Of a stretch of 64,000 nucleotides of DNA, positions 25,387 to 38,060 are shown one piece after another. Numbering within the stretch: the first letter of the stretch is position 1; every line of letters begins with the position of its first letter. The notes beneath the pieces were generated by a model that saw only the letters and a list, made by a program, of their open reading frames with translations, had not been told where the DNA came from and did no database searches. Where the stretch lies: positions 167,268,750 through 167,332,749 of the forward strand of contig NC_068982.1 of assembly GCF_001194135.2 (NCBI RefSeq), written 5' to 3'. The translations under genes and the position numbers were made by a program. The stretch is from Octopus bimaculoides. Lineage: Eukaryota.

Positions 25387-25551
25387 GCCCAGAACAAGCA
25401 AACTGGAGAATTTGCAGCATTGAAGAAAGTTGAGATAAAGACTGAAGAGGATCTTGAGGATTTTACTATTGAAATAGACATCCTCTATGAGTGCCGGCAT
25501 GAAAATGTTGTTGCTCTTCATGAAGCTTATTTTTATGATGATTTTCTTTGG
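25387..25551 (+). CDS. SLK: Internal exon (55 codons, phase 0-0) of STE20-like kinase, SLK/LOK(STK10)/Slik family, subdomains II-IV
   Basis: AQNKQTGEFAALKKVEIKTEEDLEDFTIEIDILYECRHENVVALHEAYFYDDFLW aligns without gaps to SLK [55 protein letters not shown] (recalled); catalytic Lys and alphaC Glu retained; flanked by TTGCAG and GTTAGT. Confidence 0.9.
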
Positions 25552-25557
25552 GTTAGT
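25552..25557 (+). promoter_or_regulatory. 5' splice donor GTTAGT
   Basis: TGG|GTTAGT immediately after the conserved Trp; homology is lost after this point. Confidence 0.85.
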
Positions 25558-25898
25558 ATGCTTGTTCTCTTTATGACCATTCCAGTTTTCAAAGCTTGAT
25601 AAGGAGGGTAGTTTAAAATGATTTATTTGTTACTTAAATGTTCACTTTTGTTTATTTTTTTAAAGGCTAAATTGTAAGTGTTGTTTAGAGGGTCAACCAC
25701 ATTTGTTTCAGTGTTATTTGCCCAGAATATTATCTGGTGTAATCTTTAACCATACTCAAGCTTTATTTCACAGAATTCAGTACTTTTAAGGCTGGCTGTG
25801 AGTCGGTTTGAAATTATAAAACTTTATTCTAAATCACTAGACTGTTCAATTGCATCATTCATAACAAAAGTTAATGACATACACATAAAAACTGTTTT

Positions 25899-26345
25899 CA
25901 TCATCATCATCATTTAACGTCCGTTTTCCATGCTGGCATGGGTTGGACAGTTTGATAGGAGCTGGCTAGCTGAAGAGCTGCCCAGGCTTCATGTCTGTTT
26001 TGTCTTGGTTTCTATGGCAGGATGCCTTTCCTGACACTAACCACTTTACATAGTGTACTGGGTGCTTTTACAGAGCATCAGCATGGTTGCTTTTATGTGA
26101 CACTGGCATAGGTGTATTTTACATGGCAGCAGCACCCATGAGCCCACAAGATTAGGATTGCTCAGTTGAAGCGAGATACAGGGGACATGCTTGCATGCAA
26201 GGGCAACAACAATTTTACTTAGCTTGATGTTTCCTCTCAAGCTCAGCAAACCACCATATCATCCCTTCTGTGAGGCCCAATGTCTGAAGATCCTTTCTCA
26301 ACACTTCATCCCAAGTCTTCCTGGGTCTACTCCTTCTAAATGAAT
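25899..26345 (-). mobile_element. RTE LINE 3' fragment (older subfamily): ORF C-terminus and 3' UTR
   Basis: (CAT)n tail at 25899; minus ORF 26215-26403 contains RRSRPRKTWDEVLRKDLQTLGLTEGM (RTE GRPRKTW motif). Confidence 0.85.
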
Positions 26346-26479
26346 TGTATTTTGCTTTAGTTGGTGATGGCAAGCAAACTAATCTAGTGACAATTGCTAG
26401 CAACTCTCAAAAGGGAGATGATTTGAAGAAAGTAGGAATTAATTTTGCAGAGAATGGAATTTTTATGCTTAGTTTTGTT

Positions 26480-26790
26480 TTCCTTCTCTAAGTAAAAAGG
26501 TAAAGAGCCCTTCTGATCATGAATGACCATGAGATTGTACCTAAAAAGTTCCCCTCCGAGGCACAAGTCTGGGCCAGGTTGTTTATGGAAGACCAGCAGT
26601 TGCCCATCTCCACACCACTGATGTTACCCAAAGGAAAGGCAAAAGCTGATACAGCTTGGCACCAATGATGTTGCAACTCATTTCTACAGTTGAGTGAACT
26701 GGAGCAATGTGGAATGGAGTGTCTTGCTCATGAATTGAACTCACTACCTCATGATTGTGACCTTGACATTCTAACCATGGAGTCATGTGC
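26480..26790 (-). mobile_element. Degenerate SINE
   Basis: GAGTGAACTGGAGCAATGTGGAATGGAGTGTCTTGCTCA...TTCTAACCA resembles the reverse complement of the SINE at 27889-28090. Confidence 0.5.
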
Positions 26791-26879
26791 CTTCTCTAAG
26801 TAACTTAGGTTAATTTCAATTCATTAATGATGATTTACATACATTAATGATATTCATCACCACCTTTAAGTATCTTTCT

Positions 26880-27110
26880 TTTATCTTTTACCTGTTTCAG
26901 TCTTTGGACTGCGACCATGCTGGGAGATTGCTTTGAAGGGTTTAGTTGAATAAGTCGACCCCTTTACTTATTTTTAAGCCTGGTACTTAATCTGTTGGTT
27001 TCTTTTGCCAAACTACTAAGTTATGAGGATATAAAAAAACCCATACTGGTTGTGAAGCAATGGTAGGGGACAAACACATGCACATGCATAGATAAATATA
27101 TATATATATA
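26880..27110 (-). mobile_element. 3' module of composite SINE
   Basis: TCTTTTACCTGTTTCAGTC...GACTGCGACCATGCTGG...GCCTGGTACTTA...GGGGACAAACAC, same family as 57420-57614. Confidence 0.8.
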
Positions 27111-27114
27111 TATG

Positions 27115-27350
27115 TATAGCATCATGTGACTGACCAGGTTATCAGATGTTGTTACATATCACTGGTCACAATGCGCTTTTTGCATTGCTTTAGTCTTCAA
27201 AGGGTGCCACCCCGTTGGCTAAGCAAGTAGGCCAACAATATCTACTGAAGCAATGTGCTCAAGAACACAAGGCACCACCCAGTCATGGAATCAAACCCAC
27301 AATCTAGCAATTGTGAGTGCAACAGCCTAACTACTGGGTCACTTACCTTC
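27115..27350 (-). mobile_element. tRNA-derived SINE
   Basis: 27256-27342 is the reverse complement of the tRNA-like head at 27889-27972. Confidence 0.75.
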
Positions 27351-27888
27351 ACACACACACAATATGTTATAAGAGGTTATTGAAGTTGACTGATTCATTT
27401 AATAGCTGTTCTCTATGTTGTGACATTTTGTTGTCAAAAGTTTGTTTTTCTAATCAAACATATTGTGCTACACACTGTTTCCTCTCATTTGTGTAGTTAA
27501 ATAGCATGATAGATTTAGCTGAAGTAACATCAAAACATTAAAATACTGAATTAAGAATGATGACTCAACATATCTTCTTTTTCGTCATCATTGCCTATGC
27601 TGGCTTGGTTGGATGGATTGCATAAAGTCTCTCCACCTGCTCTGATTTTTCTTTCTCTGGCACATACAAAAAAAGAGAAAAATTTCCAGTTCTACTGTTG
27701 TGTCACTGACTCTAAAAAATCCTCTCTACTGTGCATTGTTTATATTCATTCTTTTGTTATATGCTTTTCTTTTTTACTGTTGGATACCTTTCCTAACTCA
27801 AGTTACTTTACAGCATGAGCTGGGTGAATTTTATTGTACCACTGGTACTATTAGTAGTGATATGATAGTTGAGTAGCCATATTTCTAT

Positions 27889-28090
27889 GTGGCTTAGAGG
27901 TTAGGGTGTTGCACTCACAATTGTCAGATCATGGGTTTGATTTCTGGATAGGGCAGTGCTGTGTTCTTGAGCAAAACACTTCATTTCATGTTGTTCTACA
28001 GTCATTTTGACATCTGACCTATAGCTCACTGTGCACCTGTACGGGCAATGTCAGTTTGATGGAGGGGAATGAACTAATGTACAGCAAAAA
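27889..28090 (+). mobile_element. tRNA-derived SINE (head and body)
   Basis: A-box-like GTGGCTTAGAGG and B-box-like GGGTTTGATTTC, followed by GTGTTCTTGAGCAAAACACTTCATTTCA. Confidence 0.75.
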
Positions 28091-28099
28091 CAATTGATC

Positions 28100-28512
28100 A
28101 CTCCTTCATTGGACACAAAACTCAGCTTGCGAAGACCTGTTGGGGCAAGCGAAAGAGAAATCATGATGGCACTTGTGCCCAGTGTCGCCTTTCTGGCACT
28201 TGTGCCCGTGGCATGTGTAAGGACTTTTGAGCGAGATCGTTGCCAGTGCCCCTGGACTGGCTCTTGTGCTGGTGGCACGTAAAATACACCATTTTGAGCG
28301 TGGCCGTTACCAGTACCGCCTGACTGGCCTTCGTGCCGGTGGCACGTAAAAGCACCCACTCTCTGACTGGTTGGTGTTAGGAAGGGGGCATCCAGCTGTA
28401 GAAACTCTGCCAGATCAGATTGGAGCCTGGTGTAGCCATCTGGTTCACCAGTCCTCAGTCAAATCGTCCAACCCATGCTAGCATGGAAAGCAGACGTTAA
28501 ATGACGATGCTG
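28100..28512 (+). mobile_element. RTE LINE 3' UTR copy
   Basis: CAGCTTGCGAAGACCTGTTGGGGCAAG...GGAAGGGGGCATCCAGCTGTAGAAACTCTGCC...GACGTTAAATGACGATG. Confidence 0.9.
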
Positions 28513-31244
28513 AAAAAATCATATGTGCAGGTTGTTCAACAAGAAATTGCAGAACTCTCTTATTTGAATTCAAGAGACCACCATTGTAGTTACACTTCTA
28601 AATTATGATAAAGTTACAGTGGATAATGAAGAATAGTGGTGATTTGTTGATGGTAATGGAGACAGAAGTAAGCTTAAAAAAAGAAAATACAAAATGTTGT
28701 AATTAAGGCTGCTTTAAATTAGAAATTAAATTGAAAAACAAAGAAGTTAAATGAAACCAAAAAGTTGGGTTAATACCTGTCAGTTACTTTAAAAGAAAAT
28801 GCAGATATTTATTAATAATACAAAACGATAATGAACTGTATTTAGTTGTTTACACATGTAAAATCCCTCTTGAATTTGTAAGTATCACATTGAATGGGGA
28901 AAAGGAAATAGAATAAGTAAGCATAATGAATATGTGGTAAATGCTACCTGAATTTTATAATATAAAATGCTATAGGAACACAGACATGATTATAATTACT
29001 GTTGTCTGTTTTATACTAACTAGCTATAAAGATAATTACCATCTCATTTCACTCGTGGATACAATGAAAATAGTTTGTTACCATGAAACTTTGAATTTTG
29101 TCTTCCATCTTCTTCTTAAACTGTTTCTACTATGGCTTTTGCTCCTCTGTATTTGCTCAGTCTACTCTACTTAAACTTCTTCGGTTGCCTGACCTGTTTT
29201 TTGCCTAAGTACTTTCCACCTGAAATTTCTAGCTGATTCAAATGTTCTTTCAAGGTAACCTACAACAATTAAAATTAAGTATTTCACTGTGCTAATCTCA
29301 TTTGACCATCCTCTCAGCCCTACCCTGGCGGGCCTAGATGATCTCATTGGATTTTGAAACAAAATTCATATATGCATCATTAGGTAAAGTTCTTTTTAAA
29401 AATCTTTTTTTTTTGCAAATATGCATAGGTATTATTGAAACAGGTATTTTGACATACAAATACTTTTTCTGTTACTAATCACACAATTATTTTAAGCTAA
29501 ACCAGCTGAGGATATCAGAATAATATACACCTTATCCTGTAATATAACATGTTGTTACAAGGTTTTGACTGATGTCTCAAGCAATACTCTACCTTAAACT
29601 CTCTTAGCATACAATTATATTTATATATATTTCAATTTACCTAGAAAATATGTTCTGTGGTGTTCAGAGATTTCATGAAAATGTTTGTCATTGAAAAGAT
29701 AACTGGAGTTGAAAAGTTGTCTTGTTTTGTTCATTTATTTTTCACGTCTAGCAAGGATTAGAATGAATAAATATTCTTGCAACATTGTTGAGAAATGAAC
29801 TTCCAATCATACAGCCATGTCTACACTATGTTATGTGTTGTCACTGTGAAATGACATCAGAGATTGTAGAAACTAGCATTTATTAAGAATGGGAAGATGC
29901 TGAATACATGCTTTTCAGAATAGTGAGAATGTTGTGTTGTAAGAATATTTCAAATATGTAGTTTTTAATTGATGCTGGTAATAAGACTAAGTTTTCCTTT
30001 TTCAAGGATGTTTTTGAGGTCTTTCTTCATAGAGGCTGTTCATGAGAGTTGGGTTGCATATTACTGAGGCCTGTGAGCAGAAATTAAAGAGAAAGGGGGC
30101 ATAAACTTTGTCCCTTCAAACTCCATAAACTCTATGGAGTTTGAAGGAACAGAACTTGCTTGTGTAGAGAAGGGAAAATGGGAAAATATAACCAAACTCT
30201 TAGGTACACCTTTGATTGTATGTAGGTCAAAGAGTACTTTGTTGAGATAAGCTGCCCAGCAAATTCCTGATCCATGTGGTGAAAAATGGAAGAAGCTCAT
30301 TGAAATGCCTTGTGATAAATGTAGTATTAAGTGCTGAAGGGCAAGAGTCTATTAGCGGGTGATTAAAAAAAAAAAGAAAAAATGTAGAACATCCTCACCA
30401 GCTTTCTAGTTGATGTACCTCTGCGGAATCCATAGCAGTTGTTACTGAGCTGAAAAAGTGACACAAAGCAATAGAAGGTGATTTCTTATTGTTTCCAAAG
30501 ATTACCACACATCTTGTCTGTGTTAACTTGATGGTTGCTCAACCTGCTAGAAATGGCAGCTAACTCTCAGATCATACTCTGTTGCCTTAAAAAATAAGAA
30601 ACGGAAGAACATGTTGGATAATGTAGTCTCAGATACACTGTTTGAAAATAAATATAAAAATACAGAATAGTCATGACTAGAACATAAGTTTGCTTGATCA
30701 GAGGTGGATTGGGGCTAAATAGCAAAAATGTTTCTGCTTGAAAGCTAAAAGATATAGAATGAATTGGCCTGGACATATTTAGGACTAATAATTACTGATG
30801 GTTAGAAGTAAAAAGAATTAGTTAAATAGATGATTTCAGATCCTTGTCAGCTTGCAAATACAGATGTAATACAAGCAACATAAAAAAAAAAAAAAAATGT
30901 TTTTGAACTGTGTAATTGTTATTATTTTTTTAAAGTTTGCTTTTATGCTAGTACCTTTGTTTTTCTGAAGTCTTATTATAATTGTTGATAACCATTAATG
31001 TACTTGTATGAAGTCACACCCAACCATTCAGACATCTGAAATGTTACATGTCACAGTTATTAAATGGGAGAGATTTATAACTATCTGCATTAGGATAGTA
31101 CAACTTGGTGTTTTAACTATAGACTTCTGAAAAATGTTGAACATATAAAATTACTATTGTATAACTCAATGATTTCATTTGCATTTCTGAACCTGAAATT
31201 GTCAACCTACTGACATTGAGAACAAACCCTAACTCAGTTACTAG

Positions 31245-31350
31245 NNNNNNNNNNNNNNNNNNNNNNNNNNNNNNNNNNNNNNNNNNNNNNNNNNNNNNNN
31301 NNNNNNNNNNNNNNNNNNNNNNNNNNNNNNNNNNNNNNNNNNNNNNNNNN
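31245..31350. other. Assembly gap (106 N)
   Basis: Run of N. Confidence 1.
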
Positions 31351-33489
31351 TATTGTGTACCTTTTAGCAGTCGGTATCTAAAGATATATAGAGTTGCTTC
31401 AATCCTTGAATTTCAACTTTCCTGCTTTTTTGAATTGAGTAACTATTTTAGGATTTTCTTTTTATCTTGTAATTTTCTGATGTTCTTGTTTTTTGTTTAT
31501 CAATACTAGTACTTGTCATTATTCTTTATCAACCTCACCTTTTATGTTTATTTTCTACTCCTTTCAAAGTATTCTCTCACTTCAAAATAATAAAAAAAAA
31601 AATCTGGGTAAATAGTAAAGCTTTCAGCAACTTTATCATGTTGAGTCTTTTCATCTAAATGGCTGGCGCTTTTTTTTTTTTTTCATTTTTGTCCTTTATG
31701 TATTTTCTATCTATAGGCACGACTTTTGACTAATGAATAAAGTAAAGAAAGGAATGTAATGTGCTATGGTTGATGTTAAGGTACTGGACTATTCACTGAC
31801 TACATGGTTATATATTCAGATTTTACTGCAATCATTGTGCTGTAGTTTTTAGGAAAGGCACATAAATTTGCTTTTCTAAGTTTATCTTGCCAACAGATTC
31901 CTCACTTGCTTTATTGTAAAATGGTTAATGGTATGATGGGTAGCCATCTGTAAAAATGATTGTTCCAACAAAAGCTACCTTATTCACCCTTTTAAGAATT
32001 GTCAGTGAAATCCTTGTATATAACTGGAGGAATGTTGTGCTTTCATTTTCTTAGATTTTGGTAACTGAGATCTGGTTATTGAGATCTAGAGTTAATTAAA
32101 ATTAATCTATGGTCTTTGTGGTTGATTTTTTTTTTGTAAGTTATTTCCATTTTCTTTTGATTTTCAAATGATTTCTCAAAATGTTGATTATATTCAATGT
32201 TATTTCTCAATTTTGGCATGTAGATTGTTTTGTATTTCTTGTAGCTTTATCCTAGCTTGACATTTAGTATCCTTCTAGCTAGTATCTTATTTTTTTTTAT
32301 TGTCAGAAAAGGCAAAATGATTGATTGGATAAAGTATGGGATTACTTCTTCATTGCTGGTTCATACCTGCTGCTAGTCTTTCATTACGTCTCTGACAAGG
32401 CCATCTAATTCTATATGCTTTGGTTTAGTCATTTGGAGAGTAGGTACTACTTACATGTTTCTAACAAAGTTACTTGTCATAACTAGTGCCCTATCCAGAG
32501 GTAGGTTTACTCTTCCCCCATTTAATTTCAGAAACTGGTGTTCAGCTAAGGTTTTCTGGAGTGTCATAATTCATGAGGTACATTTTGTTTTTTCAAACAG
32601 ACACATTACTTCATCTGTTATATTCACTGTACAGTGCCAAATAGTACAGCCATGAGTTAGATAACTTCTGTTTATAGGTTCAAATAGGCTGCTACAAAAG
32701 TTAAATAAGTAAAAGATTTAAGCACACTAATGCATGCACACAAAATTATAAGAGCTTCATTATAGTAAAATTTGAATTCCACATTGTGTAATTATATTTG
32801 TTTTGGCTCTCAAAGATTAAATTTATGGTAGGTTGAGACAGGTGTCACTTCTCAAAATGTTTTCTTCACATAAAAATGCATAGGTCGTAACAAATGACTT
32901 CATGAAACCACAAAGTCTGATTGTGCAGGAGTGAATGGAATTAACAGATGTTTTGTCAGGAATGTAACTCTAGTAAGTTAAAATACTTAACTTGCAGACT
33001 GCATATTGTGAAAGGGTGACAACTATAATAATGTATTTTACATAAGGATAGACTCTAGTTCCTTTTTAGTTCTGATATCATTCTATTGCTTAGTCATATT
33101 CATTTATACAACTTTCATGAACCCTAACCATTTTTTATACATAGAAATTGTAATATGCTCTTGAATGTGTTAACTATTTCTTTACAAAGTTAATCTTAAA
33201 ATGACTGACAGGTTTCCTCTGTACTCAATGTTTTAATCCATTTCTTAACTCTGAAATCAATTTCTCTGTATAATACTGTCTTCTGAATTTGATTTGACTT
33301 GCTCTCTCTTTCTCTGAGGTTGTCTCTATGTGTGTGTGTGTGTGTCTTTAAAGTTCAAGATTTATTATTTACTTCATAGATTAGTTAAGATGTGTACTGA
33401 TTCTAAAATGTATAATGGATTTTTCCATAGATATTTCTCTCACTCTTCTTGATATATATATCCATTTTACACTTTTCAGCCAATTGGGC

Positions 33490-33895
33490 ATTTTATCTTT
33501 CTCTTTCATCTTTTACTTGTTTCAGTCATTAGACTATGGCCATGCTGGAGCGCCACCTTGAAGGATTTTAGTCGAATGAATCGACTCCAGTCTCTTTTTT
33601 GCTTTAAAGCCTGATACATATTCTATCAGTCTCTTTTGTTGGACCACTAGGTTGCAGGGATGTAAACACACCAACACTGGTTGTGAAGCAGTGATGGGGG
33701 ACAAACACACACAGCTATATATATATATATATATGGTGGGCTTCTTTCAGTTTCCATCTTCCAACTCCACTCACAAAGTTTTGGTTGGCTTGAGGCTATA
33801 GTAGAAGACACTTGCCCAATGTGCCATGCAGTAGGATTGAACCTGGAACCATGTGCTTGGAAATCAAAATTCTTACCACACAGCCATGCATGTGC
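33490..33895 (-). mobile_element. Composite tRNA-derived SINE (head, internal microsatellite, 3' module)
   Basis: Reverse complement of the 57213-57614 architecture; internal (TA)n at ~33716-33733. Confidence 0.85.
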
Positions 33896-33918
33896 CCCCT
33901 CTCTCTCTCTTTCTCTTT

Positions 33919-33928
33919 NNNNNNNNNN
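33919..33928. other. Assembly gap (10 N) between (CT)n and (AC)n tracts
   Basis: Run of N. Confidence 1.
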
Positions 33929-33983
<55 letters not shown>

Positions 33984-36089
33984 TTTAGTTGCCTTGCTTG
34001 CTATACAGGATTTGGTGGAAGGCATTGAGTTCTTGTTAGAAAAGTCACAAAGCTTTGTATTAAATACTTGTTTTTCCTCACTCTCACCACTTCAAATAAC
34101 TTCTACTTCTCCATAAGCAAAAAACAAAAAGTGAAATCTTTTCACATGTTTTAATACATTTCTCATTGTTTAACCAAACCCATTCCCTGTTTTTTTTCTT
34201 CAATTCACTTCTTTACTGTTTTGAAGGAAGTTTCTGGAATAATTAATTGAAGTATGTTCATTAATATTTTTGTTTGTTAGTTTCCTTTGTCTCTGCTTCA
34301 GGTGCCAGATAATTTTTATTTTATGATATTGATCAAGGATAATAATAATAAAGACGTTGTGTTGTGAACGTAAAATTATTCAGAAGTGTTTGCTAGATTA
34401 GCAAATTTTCATTTTTTCCAATTTGTGGTTTAGTTAATCTTTTATTCTTATATCAGATTCTGCCAGGGTGTATTTGCCTCTACTGTCATTAGAACTCAAA
34501 AGTAGTTCTGATTTGAAGCTAATAAACAGTCAGTGACAATATGAAGCTATTGCATAAAATGTTTTGGTGAATGCTAGATTTATTCTTGGTATATAACTTG
34601 TATAATGATTCTGCATCTTAGAGATTCACATGGTGGAAAATGTTGTGATATAAATCTTTATTATTTTTCCAAAACTGGAAATATATTGTAGAAACGAGTT
34701 TTCATTTTGGAAGTTGCAGAGGATTAATGGAAGCAGTTAATCTTCTAGTTTTAGATTGTAGATCATTCCACTCTCTATAGCCTAAATAGGGAAACTATCA
34801 CAACATAAAGGACAGTTAGATATAAGGGAACTTTTATATCTAATGAAAAAAGAAGGCATAAAACAAGGCAGTATCTGAAATGATTAAATATATTAAAAGG
34901 TGATGATGTGAAAAGAAAAAGGCATATATCTTTAGAGTAAATTACTATCATTGGAGTGAATATTTATTTGATACCAGCTTGCCTTTATGAAGTAATATGA
35001 AATATATATTTTAAAGTGCTGTTATGTGTAGCTGTTAAGAAGTAAGTTATAAATAAACAATCAATTCTATGTTGATTGAAATAAAGGTTCATTTGGATGG
35101 CTTGGTACTGTATTAATTAATATGGAATGTAGTTAACAAAAAGTCTCCAAAGGCTGTAGTTGTGTGCTCTCCAGACATAGCAATTAGCCAATACAACATG
35201 AAGGCGACTGCAAGAAAACTAGTATTTAATTATTAGTAAATCTCATTTGAATTTATAATTAAGTTAGATCATTTATGTGATTTCATTTAAACTGAAACTG
35301 AGTGAAGCTTTAGTGTAGAGAAATGGAAAACAGTGACCCTTATGATTTCCAACACATGTGTACATGTGTGTACATACATACATATACAAACAAATTTACT
35401 TACAGAGATGAGTCCATTTTTTTTTTTTTTTTTTTTTTTGTAAAAATTTTTTTATCGTTTACCTGAAGTGTGATTCATGGCAGTTGGCTCCTATTTTGAG
35501 AAATCTCATTTTTGGTGATGAAGATACAGTGCTGCATTCACTGAAAAATGGCAGGTTGAAGTCTGTGATGAAAATACATAGAAGTTAGACACTGTTTCAA
35601 AATAAGATATAAATAATAAAGAGTGGAAGACCTATAGAATTTAGTCAAGATGATGGAGCTAATGGCTACTGAGAAATGTTTGAATAAGTCAATTTAATGT
35701 AAAATAAGAAATATACAAAATGAGTTATGTCTTGCAAGTGGCGTATAGGCTGTCTGATTAAGATATCCTGTCAATATTTTGATGTTTGCTTTTGATTCTA
35801 TTAACATTTCCATAGCAATACTAATATATGCCTAATGAACTGTTATTTAAAAATTTTTATTTTGAGGATCAGGCAGTGAATATTAATTTAGAGCTTGTCA
35901 CTTCTGCTATCTATTCAGTAACATTTTATGGTTTAAATTGGGAAAAAATTACCTTATCAAGTTTACAGCGCTTGCTTCACATAGCAGTCATTTCATCTAC
36001 TTAAAAGTAATTTGTCTTCTAACCTAAGCTGTATAGTTTTCAGAAAACAAACATACACTCAACAAATGTGTGTGTGTGTGTGTGTGAGG

Positions 36090-36575
36090 TCATCATCATC
36101 TAATGACTGTTTTCCATGCCGGCATGGTTTAAACTGTTTACTGGAGCTGGTAAGTCAGAGAGCTGTACTAGGCTCCAGTCATCTGTTTTGGCTTGGTTTC
36201 TATGGTTGGATACCCTTCTTAACACCAACAGCTACAAAGAATGCACTGGGTATCTTTTATGTGTCACTGGCACTGGTACCTTTTACATGTCACCAGCATG
36301 GGTGCCCTCTATGTGTCACCAGCACAGATGCTGTTTACGTGTCAAGCACCATAAATTTACTAGAAGTCTCAGTAACTTGTCACCACCTCTGTGAGACTCA
36401 GCAACCAAAGATCATATTTCACCACCTTGTTCCATGTCTCCGTGGGTCTACCTCTTCCACAAGTTCTCTCCACAATTAAAGATTGGCACTTCTTTACACA
36501 GCTGTCCTTGTCTATACACAATACATGACCATACCAGCACATTCTTCTGTCTTGCAAACTACATCTGATGCTTAT
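36090..36575 (-). mobile_element. RTE LINE 3' fragment (older subfamily)
   Basis: Minus ORF 36369-36593 RRMCWYGHVLCIDKDSCVKKCQSLIVERTCGRGRPTETWNKVVKYDL (RTE RLRWYGHV...GRGRPRKTW); (CAT)n tail at 36091. Confidence 0.88.
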
Positions 36576-37609
36576 ACACACATAAATACACATTGCTTGT
36601 GATTGCTACAAGTAATACGTAATCTAGTACAACTTGTTATGTAGTTGGTTTGTTGGCAACTAAACTGGCTCCTCCATCAAGTTTGCTTGGTGAAGAGAGC
36701 AGAAACAAGATCTGCCAAAAAGGAACTCAATTTAAGGACAATGGCTGTTTGGCATTAATATGTAGAGATAAAAAAGTACTTCAGTTAAGGGCCAAGATTG
36801 CAGTTAGACTTCTGGGAGTGATAGACCTCTATATCTAGTAGCACATCCATCTAGGAGATGGAAAATTCCAAAATGAAACTCCTACTGTCTTTGTAGGTAG
36901 CCTTAGTTGGTTAAAATTAGGAAAAGGAAATTCTGATATAAAACCTGCAATTGGTGCTCTAATTTTGATATTTTCTTTACTAGGTCTCCTAGGTCATGCT
37001 GGCTAATACATTGTGCTATAATCTTGTTTAAGTATCTGATAGTATAATCTTGATGATTTACAAGTCCATTCTAATGTTACAGTACAAGGTGTATTCTAGA
37101 GGTTTTGTGACTTTTTTTATTTAGGAGAGGCAGTGTATCCTAGATTAATTTTAGTATATAATTGCTATACGTCTAAGGAGTTAGAGTTTTGTACTTGAAA
37201 ATTAATGAGTGTCTTTCCTGAAAAATGTCTCAAAACTTCTGGAATGCACTTTGTACTTTGATTATCATAGCCTTTATTTTGTAGCATTACAATGCTTTAT
37301 GCCATTGAAAATCTCTATTAACCTTGCTATCCTTTAACATTGGGGAATTGGTAAAGTATGCGAACTTGAGTACATTAGGTGGCAAGAGATTTAACATTGT
37401 CTTGATTCATCTTGAATAATATGGCACTATGATGAAGTTGGAAAAATCTCTTGCATCTGAGTAGCCTTATTTGAAGGAGTGCATTGCTTTCCAAATTTTT
37501 GGGATAGGGCTAGAAATGGTGCTTCAAACATGACTTACTTTTCAAGGTTCGTTTATTACAGCTGACAGCTATTTATTTGAATAGGAGCAACAAGAGTAAA
37601 TATATAAAC

Positions 37610-38060
37610 GAACAGACAGTAAATCTATGTATGTTCTGTTGGAATTTGAGAACCTTACTGGATAATGAAAGTTTTGAGAGCCTTGAATGCCAAATTGCCC
37701 TCATTGTAGCTGAGCTTAACCAAAATAAGATTGAAATTATTGCCCTTTCAGATGTACAATTGTCAGAGAAAAGCCAGCTAATTGAACTGAGTTGTGGTTG
37801 TGGCTTTTGGGACTTAGAGACTAGCTATAAAAACAAGTGGGTGGGGTGGGGGCATTTGCTGTGCAATTAGAAAGAACCTAATTAATAAACTGCTATATAA
37901 AATATGTTGCTATCCATGTGGGTAACTGAATTATTAAACTGTTTGCTGCTGTATTGCTGGTATGATATGATCCTTTCCTCTCTTTACACACCGACTCTAT
38001 TCAACAGCAGCATTTATCTATATTTTATGAGAATCTAGGAAACATCATTCTGTTTGAAGA
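37610..38060 (+). mobile_element. Decayed RTE (BovB-like) LINE N-terminal AP-endonuclease region
   Basis: CWNLRTLLDNESFESLECQIALIVAELNQNKIEIIALSDVQLSEKSQLIEL resembles WNVRTLLD...ERRTALVARELARYNIDIAALSETRL; SLYTPTL near 37980 resembles SAYAPT. Confidence 0.75.

Noticed and set aside
25330-25599. Stand-alone 89-aa gene as listed in the ORF track
   Set aside because: Kinase similarity is confined to 25387-25551 between canonical splice sites; the rest is intronic read-through
29171-29362. Minus ORF MFQNPMRSSRPARVGLRG... and a nearby AAG|GTAACC donor-like site
   Set aside because: No recognisable homology; the plus-strand candidate exon has stops in all three frames
30061-30300. GA-rich stretch with a 79-aa minus ORF and a 9-bp inverted repeat
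   Set aside because: Only vague resemblance to decayed LINE sequence; not enough to call
32455-32655. Minus-frame HGCTIWHCTVNITDEVMCLFEKTKC resembling RTE YGCETW
   Set aside because: Single weak motif without supporting neighbours; possible very old LINE but not supportable
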